DNA of 15,364 nucleotides from positions 1 through 15,364 of the forward strand of contig NW_021825502.1 of the NCBI RefSeq assembly GCF_006345805.1. Direction: 5' to 3'. Positions 1 through 9,274 of this stretch are shown here, in pieces; the first letter of the stretch is position 1, and each line of letters opens with the position of its first letter. Below the pieces are notes generated by a model. That model was not told the origin of the DNA. It did not search any database and saw only the letters and a list, made by a program, of their open reading frames with translations. The translations under genes and the position numbers were made by a program. Source of the DNA: Octopus sinensis. Lineage: Eukaryota.

Positions 1-45
1 ATAATATTATATAATATATATATATATATATATAATATCATATAA
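1..45. repeat. (TA)n microsatellite, degenerate
   Basis: TA dinucleotide run at the window start. Confidence 0.85.
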
Positions 46-660
46 ATACACCAACTGTACGACAAATCTGTCAACATCAAAATCAGTACAACCGTCGATA
101 CTACTAACCAACAAACTCCTAAATAACCAACAACAACAAACAGCAACAGTAATATGAACGCAATAATGGGATGTTTTTAAATATTGAATGAAATGACTTT
201 CATCTTAGTATTATGTTTGATTTGAAACTAAATAATTGATAAGAAGAAAATGAACATCGTCAATATAAACATTATCCCAACCATTCCCATATTAACATTA
301 CCCCACCGTTAACAAACCACCAGCTTCTGGATAACCGACTGGAAACAACAACAACAATATCAGCCTGATAGGAATATCTGTAGCTACGTATGTTGTATGT
401 CAACATTAGATATTATGTGAATAGAGTGTGGAGATTTTATATTTAAAGTCAGGGATGTATTGGGTGAAGTACTAATAACCTTTGTAACACCTTAACTAAC
501 TATAGTAATTTATTATTTCCAGTACCTCATTCATTTTGCTCTCACAAAACATTCCTTCCCTGATGCTATTTTTTACGGCATATTCATTGTAAGTATACCC
601 ACAATTCAAGATGTGTAGAAAGAAACATGCAAGTGGAACTGAAGTTGATAACTATGTTCT

Positions 661-849
661 TTTCTACTCTAGGCACAAAGCCCGACATTTTTGGGGGGCG
701 GGAGCCGGTCGATTAGATCGGCCCCAGTACGTAACTAGTACTTAATCCCCGAAAGGATGAAAGGCAAAATCGACCTTGGTGGAATTTGAACTCAGAACGT
801 AAAGACAGACGAAACACCGCTAAGCATTTCGTGCAGCGTACTAACGTTC
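661..849 (-). mobile_element. SINE family A copy lacking the first ~15 nt of its head (downstream unit of a dimer)
   Basis: Shares the blocks GGAATTTGAACTCAGAACGT (reverse complement of a B-box-like GAGTTCAAATTCC), CCGAAAGGATGAAAGGCAAA and CCCCAGTAC with copies at 8417, 8956, 9789, 11775 and 12538-12924. Confidence 0.9.
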
Positions 850-1056
850 CTTATTTCTTTATTGCCCACAAGGAGCTAAACATAGAGGGGACAAACAAGG
901 ACAGACAAAAGGATTAAGTCGATTACATTGACCCAGTGCGTAACTGGTACTTAATTTATCGACCTCGGCGGAATTTGAACTCAGAACGTAACGGCAGACG
1001 AAACACCTCTAAGCATTTCGCTCAGCGTGCTAACGTTTCTGCCAGCTCGCCGCCTT
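850..1056 (-). mobile_element. SINE family A copy with complete head and an alternative tail
   Basis: Minus strand starts GGCGGCGAGCTGGCAGAAACGTTAGCACG. Internal deletion between two TCGACC motifs near 960. The direct repeat TAACTATGTTCT (649-660 and 1057-1068) flanks the whole 661-1056 dimer. Confidence 0.9.
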
Positions 1057-1647
1057 TAACTATGTTCTCACTTAAAGGGGTGATATGCAACAAGCACCAA
1101 ACAATTTAGGGTAAGTTCTTTGCCTTGTGACTCTCATTCCACTATTATATCCCCACTACAGTAGCCAACATCTTTTGGTCATTTGTATTCTATCACGATA
1201 CTATTCCCAAAACGTATTTCTCTTCAAATTTTTAGATATACGCATATTGTATGATTACAAATTATTATTTTCATGCAAAAAAAAGGATGTGGTTCTGTTG
1301 GTCATTTTTGTTGTGTTTAATTTTCCTTCGAAAATATCCGCCGAAAAGCATTATCACTTTATAACATGAAAATCAATGGGAAAATAATTTTGCGTTACGG
1401 AATTTTGTATTACGGTAAGTTTTGTTTTTTTTTAAGAACGCATCATTTCTTTAACGCGGACTATTCCCGTATATCTATATCCATGCATATAAGTATATTT
1501 ACTGATCTGTTTCTGTTTGTCGACCCGTACCTTATATCAATTTATCATTTTCTATAAATTCATTTCTTCAAAGAGGATATTGTTATGTGTCTATATCTAT
1601 TCAATTATCAATTAGTCTACCGCATTTTGTTTATATATGTCTAGTCA

Positions 1648-1750
1648 TATGTATATATATATATATATATATATATCTATATATATACATATATATATAT
1701 ACATATACACACACAATACACATATTCATTTATATGTGTGTATATATGTG
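1648..1750. repeat. (TA)n/(CA)n compound microsatellite
   Basis: Visible dinucleotide runs. Confidence 0.85.
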
Positions 1751-2221
1751 TACGAATAATAAACACACAATCTTACGTATCTATCTATAAATCTATATAA
1801 CTCATTTTTCATTCGTCCTCGTTACTTTTGTATATGTGTATATCTGTATACGCATATCACTGTGCGTGCTTATCTCAGTGTTTGTAAATTTGCATGTGTA
1901 TATGTTTGTATGTATGTTTGTGTGAGTGTTTATGTGTTTGCGTGTGAGTGCTTTTGCGCATGCGTTTATGTGTGCTTATTAAAGTTATGTGCGTGGGCAA
2001 GGTATAATTTTCCAATTCAGTAAATGTATTCTCGATTTTACCTGAAGCCAAAATAGAAAGAAATACCAATATTTAAACCTATTAATGTCTTATATTAAAA
2101 CTTTTTTTCTGTTTCTAATTTCAGTTGAACTCTGAAGAGAAATGAACGCTTCACTTCCAGAATATTTCCATGAAGTTTATCTCATTTTCTGATCTTACTA
2201 GTCCCGTCAACAGTGTATGTA

Positions 2222-2302
2222 GGCATGGCTCAATGGTTAAGAAGCTTGCTTCGTAACTGACGGTTCTGAGTTCACTTCCACAGCACATGGTTCCGAGTTC
2301 AG
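2222..2302 (+). mobile_element. tRNA-derived SINE head fragment (family B-like) with duplicated B-box
   Basis: TGGCTCAATGGTTAAG A-box-like motif followed by GGTTCTGAGTTCA and GGTTCCGAGTTCAG; resembles the heads at 8018 and 12461. Confidence 0.55.
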
Positions 2303-2340
2303 TGTGTATGTATATATGCACCGAAAGCATATATAGAAAG

Positions 2341-2741
2341 TTTACTCTTTTTTCTCTTTTACTTGTTTCAGTCACGTGAATGCGGCCATACGGGAGCACT
2401 GCCTTTAGTCGAGCAAATCGACCCCAGGACTTATTCTTTGTAAGCCTAGTATTTATTCTATCGGACTCTTTTGCCGAACCGCTAAGTTACGGGGACATAA
2501 GCACAACAGCATCGGTTGTCAAGCGATGTTGGGGGGACAAACACAGACACACAAACATATATACACGCATACATATATATTTACATATATACGACAGGCT
2601 TCTTTTAGTTTCCGTCTACCAAATCCACTCACAAGGCTTTGGTCGGCCCGAGGCAAAAGTAGAAGACACTTTACACAAGGTGCCACGCAGTGGGACTGAA
2701 CCCGGAAACATGCAGTTGGTAAGCAAGCTACTTACCACACA
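2341..2741 (-). mobile_element. SINE family B (tRNA head, CORE-like box), near full length
   Basis: Minus strand reads TGTGGTAAGTAGCTTGCTTACCAAC...GGGTTCAGTCCCACTGCGTGGCACCTTGTGTAAAGTGTCTTC (CORE-like)...GACTGAAACAAGTAAAAGAG tail. Homologous to 8018-8362 and 12116-12388. Confidence 0.9.
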
Positions 2742-2789
2742 CAAATACGAACTAATATAGTTCTTAAATTTGACCGAGGGAGGGAGACT

Positions 2790-2857
2790 GGTTCGCTGGT
2801 GTAAAAGTAACACAGTCGCGTTAACAAAAGGATGTGGATTCGAGTCTCACGCGGATA
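2790..2857 (+). pseudogene. Degenerate tRNA-like sequence (tRNA pseudogene or SINE head)
   Basis: Acceptor-like GTTCGC/GCGGAT, D-arm GTGT/ACAC, T-arm GTGGA-TTCGAGT-CTCAC. The anticodon arm does not pair. Confidence 0.5.
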
Positions 2858-3032
2858 GGAAAGCCTTCTTGTTTCTGTCGAAGGCTTATATGCCCCGTTA
2901 TTAGACTATTTTCCTTAATCATTGCATGGTGATCGCCATAAGCTTTAAGCTCATATAAAAATACGGGATTGTAAAATATGGCGCCGTATAACAAAATCAT
3001 TCGCACGGAAAGCATATATATATATATATATA

Positions 3033-3853
3033 CGAGCAAAACGCCCCCCGTCCAATGGACGGTGCTGATTTGTCAAACTTTAAAACCAAATTTTCTCAAA
3101 ACAACTTGTCCGACCGTCCCATAGGCCTCTCCCTTTGAGAAACACTGATTTAGCCTAAATTTGAGACACCAGCAAAAAAAAAAAAAGAAAAACAATAGAC
3201 TTTTTTTCTATTGCAAAGAAAAACGATTTTATTCACACAAATATGCAACCGAAAAGTTTAAAGTACCAGTAATGATAAGGCTGTTGACTGGGAGAACACA
3301 AACATGGTTTAAACAGTGAGCTTGGCGGGAAAGAAACGTGCCTTTAAGCAGTACAAAAACAACAAAAAATTGAAGGTGCAGTTATGTACAGGTTGACGGA
3401 AGAAAAGCAGGAGAAAGACGATGCATGCAAATGGGTTAGCTGGAGGTAAATCTAGATGGAAAAGCATGATGAATTTATGAGAATGTTCCTGGGACAATAA
3501 TAAGTTTATGCGATAAAACATGTAGGAAATCAACTTGGGGCGATTTTTGATGAAAAGCAACAACCTAGGGAACTAAGTAACTAATGTTAAGCCAACTTAC
3601 TTTACGGGATGTTCAAGGGCATGGAAAAGCTAGTGGGAACAGCTGATGTACTTACGCGTACAAATGTACGTTCCCACGGCTTTATCGATCGCATTCTCAC
3701 CTGGAATCGATTTTTGTGATTTTTTCAAGACTAATACACACCCTGATACCGTCGGTATCTACATATCAAATTTGAGCGCAATCGGATGGAGGATGCCCGA
3801 GATCCTAGAAGACACACACACACAGACTGACAGAACGGATTTTATATAATAGA
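3033..3853 (-). mobile_element. Non-autonomous Helitron-like element
   Basis: Minus strand begins TCTATTATATAAAA after an A, followed by a (TG)n/TCTG microsatellite. It ends with the hairpin CCGTCC-ATT-GGACGG (3048-3062) 15 nt from a terminal CTCG, followed by T. A|T insertion, no TSD, no coding capacity. Confidence 0.75.
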
Positions 3854-4180
3854 TAAGCTTTCCGTGCGAATGTTAACGGCTAGGCGGTCAGGCGAGTATA
3901 CTGGCAATGATGTGACAAAATTTGAAATATTGTATAGGTAAATGCAGCTGATCGAATTTACGTTGTTAAACGTGTTGGAAGAGTAAGAAACCGGTCCTGC
4001 ATTATCCGATTCTAGGTTGTCCATTTATCGAATGTTCTTCCTAGAGGTAAGACAAATTTTTCACACACACATCTTTGCCAGCATATACGCAGTGAAGCTT
4101 TACAACAGCGTCGTATTTGTATCGATTGCTGTTTTCCAGTAAATAAATATTGGTGCTTTGTTGTACCACTCATCTGTATT

Positions 4181-4216
<36 letters not shown>

Positions 4217-4239
4217 ATATATAAACGAATTCCTATATT

Positions 4240-4380
4240 TTTCGTCACCCAAATTCACTCACATGGCATCGGTCGACCCAGGACTATAGTAGCAATCATT
4301 TACCTAAAGGGCTACGCAGTGGTACTGATTCCGAAACTACGCGGTTGCCAGGTTCCAAAGCGAGCTTCTTAACACAACCA
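4240..4380 (-). mobile_element. Degenerate SINE family B 5' half
   Basis: CAAATTCACTCACATGGCATCGGTCGACCCAGGACTATAGTAG...ACGCAGTGGTACTGATTCCGAAAC aligns to 2620-2741. Confidence 0.7.
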
Positions 4381-5035
4381 AACATTATACGAAAATATTG
4401 CTGTGGTTTCATTTGGAGTGGACCATGGCTATAAAATAGGCTTGTAATATAGAAATATATTCCTTTTATGTCCATTTCAGTTTGTGGTCCTCAACTATTT
4501 TTTGCCTACGGAGCCCTTTGGTTCCTGTTTTATTATACTGATCCTCCATTGCCATTCGATGTTTCCGTTTTATTCGTGTAAATTGAAAAGTAAATTCCTG
4601 TCACTACAACTCAACAGTTTTTGGGTGTTGCCGAAAAAGCACCACGTTATAACGACTGTTTTTGAAAAATAGATGGATGGATAGATAAAGAAACAAAATA
4701 GAAACAGAGATTAATCCTAAAATGATAACGGGTAAGAGGCAAAAATACATGTCCAAAAATAGGAAGAAAGGTTGGAGGGAAGAGAAAGAGAGATAGAAAA
4801 AAATAGCAAGTGATAGAGAAATCGGGCGAAGGAGAGGAGGAGGAGGAAAGAAGAAAATCACGGCATGACAAATGAGACAAACGAGAAGGAATGAAAAAAA
4901 AATAGACAGACCAAAAGACGAACAGACAGACTTGAAGAAGAAGAAAAAATTGAAAATAATCGTTTGCAGATTAGATTGCATCATTCATCTCTCGTCTCCG
5001 CCTCACCTCCATTACAGTTCAAGACATTCTTCACC

Positions 5036-5145
5036 ACCAGCAATAACAACAACAACAACCAACAATAACACAACAGAACCAACCATCACCGTCACCACCA
5101 ACACCACCGCCACCACCGTCCAAACCATCGTCATCACCGCCACTA
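5036..5145. repeat. (AAC)n/(CAC)n low-complexity trinucleotide tract
   Basis: Degenerate ACA/ACC triplets; source of the Thr-rich stretch in ORF 4872-5594. Confidence 0.75.
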
Positions 5146-5244
5146 TGTCCAGCTTAGACATAGAAGTAATTATTTTTAGTGCTTCTAGTTATTGTTTCCG
5201 TTCTAAAACTAACTCACTAAATGTACCAACGAACAAACGAGAAT

Positions 5245-5296
5245 GTATGTACATATATATGTGTATATATATATATATACATATGTATGTATGTAT

Positions 5297-5359
<63 letters not shown>

Positions 5360-5511
5360 TATATATATATACACACACATACAGGGTGATTCATATTGTA
5401 GTAGGAATATATGTATGTATGTATGTATGCATGTATGTATTATGTATGTATGTTTTTACTTTTCTCTAGTTTCAGCTCAGAGCTGCGGCCATACTGATGC
5501 ACCGCCGTATG

Positions 5512-5570
<59 letters not shown>

Positions 5571-5696
5571 TATATATATAAAGTGTATATATAAAAATGT
5601 ATATAAAATGTACATACTATGGAGTATATATACATATATACATACAAATATATGTGCAAATGTCTGTGCATACATAAACATATATATATACATATA

Positions 5697-5742
<46 letters not shown>

Positions 5743-5848
5743 ATATATATATATATATACATACACATATTTATATACGTGTATATACATATATATATAC
5801 ATACATATATACATACAGGCATGCATTTATATCATATATATTATATGC

Positions 5849-5894
<46 letters not shown>

Positions 5895-5924
5895 TATATA
5901 TGTATATATAGTATAGTGTATATG
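5245..5924. repeat. Long compound (TA)n/(TATG)n/(TACA)n microsatellite field
   Basis: Visible runs, interrupted by a SINE tail fragment at 5454-5506. Confidence 0.9.
5454..5506 (-). mobile_element. SINE family B 3' tail fragment
   Basis: GTTTCAG...CTGCGGCCATACTGATGCACCGCC matches the family B tail at 2360-2405. Confidence 0.65.
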
Positions 5925-5982
5925 TACGAGGGGGCACCCAAAAGAAACCGGCATTTTCCAATATTATTTTATTCACTTAGTT

Positions 5983-7085
5983 TTACGTGTTTACACTTTT
6001 ACCGCCTTCAAAGTATTCTCCATTTGAAGGAATTAATCGGTCCCGACGCGTTTTCCACTGTTCAAAGCAGTCCTGGAATTTTTGCGAAGTGATGCCTTTT
6101 AACACCGCCTTCGATTTTTGTCTCAGCTCTTGCATCACTGCAAAACGTTTTCCTTTAAGGACTTTGTTCATTCCAGGGAATAAAAAGCGTCGCAAGGGAG
6201 CAAGTTCGGATGAATAGGGAGGGTGGGTAAGCAGAGCTATGCCATTTTAGGTCAAAAACTGTCCTTCAGTCAAGGTGGTGTTGCACAGGCGCATTGTCGT
6301 AATGAAACTATAACTCTCCACTTTTCCACAGTTCGGTGCGTTTTGGTCTCACTGCGTCTCGCAAATGCTTCAGAACTACCCAATAGACTGTCTGGGTAAC
6401 AGTTTGACCAAGGGGAACAAATTCTGTGTGGACAATTCCTTTCGTATCGATGAAACAAATCAGCATCTTCTTCGCATTGGACTTCACTTAACGCGGTTTT
6501 TGGGGAGGTGTGGTGACATCAAACGCCTCCATTGACTTGATTGTTGCTTTGTTTCCAGGTCGTAGCTGTAGCATAGGCTTTCGTCACCAACGATAACTGT
6601 TGAATAAAGGTCCGGATCAACATCCAACTATTCTTTCAGTTCACGACACTCATTCAGTCGTGACTGCTTTTGACTGCGAATGAAAAGAGTTGCAGCAAAA
6701 TTTGTGCTTCGCTTCCTTCAACAAGCGAAGCACAAATTTTGCTGTAACTCTTTTCATTCGGAATTCCTCGCTCAGAATTCGTTGGCAGAAGCTCCATGAC
6801 ACACTAGTTACATCAACAAGTTCGTCAGTTGATCGGTGACTGTCCTCCAAGATCAGTTCGAGAATTTTCGTGATGTTTTCATTCATTCGAAAAGTTGACG
6901 GTCGCCCTGAATGATTTTGATATTCAAGCGACAAGTAACTATTGTTAAAGCGTGAAAACCACCCGTAAACTTGTTATGGCAGCGTTCTTGTAAGCTTTAT
7001 GAAGCTCGACAACTTTTTCGGCCGCTGTTTTCCCCAGCAGAAAACAGAATTTCACGGAAGCACGCTATTCCTTCGTTTCAGCTAT
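5983..7085 (-). pseudogene. Mariner transposase pseudogene
   Basis: Across frameshifts and stops: N-terminal RASVKFCFLLGKTAAE (start codon mutated to ATA), SGRPST, linker RVTAKFVLRLL, first catalytic D in VIVGDESLCYSYDLETKQQSSQW, second in HYDNAP, PYSSELAP (YSPDLAP motif) before the third D, C-terminal NGEYFE. Confidence 0.95.
6677..6760. repeat. Fold-back inverted duplication inside the transposase (38-bp arms, 8-nt loop)
   Basis: CGAATGAAAAGAGTTGCAGCAAAATTTGTGCTTCGCTT (6677-6714) versus its reverse complement at 6723-6760; one mismatch. Confidence 0.95.
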
Positions 7086-7447
7086 CGCAAAATCGATGAA
7101 CAGGGGAGAAGCGCAGCAAAACAAAGACGCACCACGTGACAGTACGACTACACGCGACGACATTGGTCAGAGACTGATGCCTGAGGCTCGCATCAAGTGA
7201 CTTCTAGCGGCGGGAGCCTGAACAACAACGGGCTTGTCCCGCAGAAAACGTTTCCGGTTACTTTTGGGTATCCCCTCGTATGTGTATGTACGTGTGTTTG
7301 TATATGTATTTGTATACGTATCCATATATGTATGTGTGTATGTGTATTAACAGTATACACAATAATAACAGAAAATAATTGCATCAACCATAAATACGAT
7401 TCCACAAATAATTAGAGGAAGCACAGTCGACTGTCAGGTGACAGTGC

Positions 7448-7568
7448 AAGAGGACTGTACCGAAGGGAAAGAGGACTGTACCGAAGGGAAAGAGGACTGT
7501 ACCGAAGGGAAAGAGGACTGTACCGAAGGGAAAGAGGACTGTACCGAAGGGAAAGAGGACTGTACCGA
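7448..7568. repeat. Perfect 21-bp minisatellite (AAGAGGACTGTACCGAAGGGA), 5 full copies plus 16 nt
   Basis: Identical tandem units with no spacers. Confidence 0.97.
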
Positions 7569-7602
7569 GTCTAGTACTACACTTTTAGAGAAGGGAACAG
7601 TT

Positions 7603-7740
7603 CAGTTCTATATTTAAGAGATGAGGAATTATTTACATTATTTACATTTGACGGATATTTGTTCTCATCTTGTTGTTAACACAACGTTGTGCTAGCAACA
7701 AACAAGATGAGGACAAATATCCGTCAAATGTAAATAATGT
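7603..7740. mobile_element. Palindromic insertion flanked by a 12-bp direct repeat; probable Penelope-like terminal fragment
   Basis: AAGGGAACAGTT at 7591-7602 and 7741-7752. Arms 7633-7685 and 7686-7742 are reverse complements centred on ACAAC|GTTGT. The Penelope assignment is inference. Confidence 0.6.
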
Positions 7741-7764
7741 AAGGGAACAGTTGTTTAAACCAAT

Positions 7765-7895
7765 CCCAGTACTTCAAACGTGCTATCTTTATAAACCCCA
7801 GACGGATGAGAAAATCGACCGTGTGAAACGTAAAACTGCGTAATTCAATAAAGCCAAGCATTTTATGCGACACGCTACCGATTTTTCCACACCAC
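7765..7895 (-). mobile_element. Highly degenerate SINE family A copy
   Basis: CCCAGTAC...AAACCCCAGACGGATGA...ATCGACC...AAGCATTTT...CGCTACCGATT follow the family A block order. Confidence 0.5.
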
Positions 7896-7959
7896 ATCGA
7901 CTGCCGTTTGATTGTAGACTACATTGCTTTTTCGCTTCACCTTTTATTTCGTTTTTTTA

Positions 7960-7993
7960 TTCTTGATGAAGGACTTTTGTCTGAAATATTGAA
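7960..7993 (+). ncRNA. Minimal, degenerate hammerhead ribozyme-like motif
   Basis: TTC-TTGATGA-A-GGAC-TTTT-GTCT-GAAA-TATT-GAA: core UUGAUGA/GAAA, 4-bp stem II, palindromic stem III, 3-bp stem I. Confidence 0.4.
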
Positions 7994-8017
7994 CGCTCCT
8001 CATATTAGACACAGCTT

Positions 8018-8362
8018 TGGCTGTGTGGTTAAGAAGGTCGCTCTGCAACCACATCACTTTAGGTTCAGTCCTCCACTACATGGCAACTTGAGCAAGAGTC
8101 CTCTACTAGAGCCCTAGGCTGAACAGTGCTGTGTGAGTTGATTTGGTAAGCAGAAACTGTGTGGAAGCCTGTTTCCTCCTTCGCCTTGACAGCCATTGCT
8201 AATTTGTTACATTCCTGTAATTTTAAAGTTTGGCAAAAGAGACAGTTAATCTAAGTACTAGATTTACAAAATAAGTCGATTCACAAAATAAAACCACTGA
8301 AGCCCTTCAAGACAGTGCTCCAGCATGGCCGCAGTCTAAGGACAGTAACAAGTAAAAGAAGA
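8018..8362 (+). mobile_element. SINE family B, diverged full-length copy
   Basis: GGCTGTGTGGTTAAGAAG head, GGTTCAGTCC B-box, GGCAACTTGAGCAAG CORE-like box, GTGCTCCAGCATGGCCGCAGTC...ACAAGTAAAAGA tail. Confidence 0.85.
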
Positions 8363-8416
8363 ATATTTTTGTATTGATTGCTGTTTTGTCGGAGTTAAGT
8401 TAAGAATTAATATTTA

Positions 8417-8618
8417 TTTCAAATTTTGGCACAAAGCCAGCAATTATGGGAAAAGGACAAGTGAATTACATCGACCCCAGAGTTCAACTGGTACTTATTT
8501 TATCGACACCGAAAGGATAAAAGTCAGTGTCGACTTCGGCGGAATTTGAACTCAGAACATTAAGACAAACAAAATGCCGCTAAGCATTTCGCACGGTACA
8601 GTAACCAACTCGCCGCCT
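8417..8618 (-). mobile_element. SINE family A
   Basis: TTTCAAATTTTGGCACAA tail, ATCGACCCCAG, CGAAAGGATAAAAG, GGCGGAATTTGAACTCAGAAC and CTCGCCGCC head end. Confidence 0.9.
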
Positions 8619-8677
8619 TATTTACATATCACTTATATTAACATTGTTTTATATAATTTAGCACAGATGGACGATGT

Positions 8678-8888
8678 GACAGAAAATTCGTTGGAGTATT
8701 AGGAAAAAGGCTTTGCGGCATTTCTTCTGGTTGTTTACATTCTTAGTTCAAATCCGACGAAGGTCAAACTTTGCCTTTCATTCATACAAGGGTCGATAAA
8801 ATAAAATATCAATTGAATGCTGGTCAAATAATCGACTAACCTCCTCCCACAAATTTCTAGCTCTGTGTCTATATTAGAAACAATCATT
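8678..8888 (+). mobile_element. SINE family A, diverged
   Basis: TTAGTTCAAATCC, CTTTGCCTTTCATTC, GGGTCGATAAAATAA and AATCGACTAA blocks in sense orientation. Confidence 0.75.
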
Positions 8889-8955
8889 AAATCATGAAAC
8901 CGGAAAGGACACCGCAATGCATGCTTGTTAGCTTTTTAATGTTCCCTGTGCATAA

Positions 8956-9274
8956 GGCAGCGAGCTAGCAGAATCGTTAGCACACCGGGCAAAAAGCTTA
9001 GCAGCATTTCGTCCATCTTTATGTCCTGAGTTCAAATTCCGCCAAGGTCGACTTTGTCTTTCATCCTTTTGGAGTCACTAAACTACAGGGGTCGGCAAAA
9101 GTAGGTATACAATTGTTTAATAAGAGCGGAATGTTCTTTTGATTTCTTTATTTCCTTCTTAGGATCAGAATACACAGCAACTGTATACCTACTTTTGCCT
9201 ACCCCTGTAAGTACGAGTTGAGTACTTGGGTCGATGTAATCGACTTAGCTCTACCCCGAAATTTCTGGCATTGT
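8956..9274 (+). mobile_element. SINE family A interrupted by a MITE
   Basis: GGCAGCGAGCTAGCAGAATCGTTAGCAC head; the body resumes after the MITE as AGTACGAGTTGAGTACTTGGGTCGATGTAATCGACTTA. Confidence 0.9.
9086..9207. mobile_element. Tc1/mariner-type MITE, 122 bp
   Basis: 30-bp TIRs CAGGGGTCGGCAAAAGTAGGTATACAATTG (2 mismatches); TA duplications at 9084-9085 and 9208-9209; removing it restores SINE continuity. Confidence 0.92.

Larger units (their letters stand above)
5927..7278 (-). mobile_element. Full-length mariner (Tc1/mariner) DNA transposon, inactive
   Basis: Imperfect TIRs CGAGGGGGCACCCAAAAGAAACCGG / CCGGTTACTTTTGGGTATCCCCTCG; TA duplications at 5925-5926 and 7279-7280; 1352 bp; internal transposase remnant. 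Confidence 0.95.

Noticed and set aside
3842-4180. Possible exon or coding remnant right of the Helitron
   Set aside because: Only short open frames and a weak acceptor context; no recognisable motif.
5380-5410. TACAGGGTGATTCA resembling a Tc1/mariner TIR start
   Set aside because: No partner inverted repeat found nearby.
4872-5594. 240-aa ORF, the longest in the track
   Set aside because: Built from purine-rich low-complexity DNA, ACC/AAC triplets and TA/TATG microsatellites; no domain-like content.
5189-6092. YIYIYI-type ORFs on both strands
   Set aside because: Translations of (TA)n repeats.
7448-7568. CRISPR array
   Set aside because: Units are contiguous with no spacers, no cas genes are present, and the context is eukaryotic.
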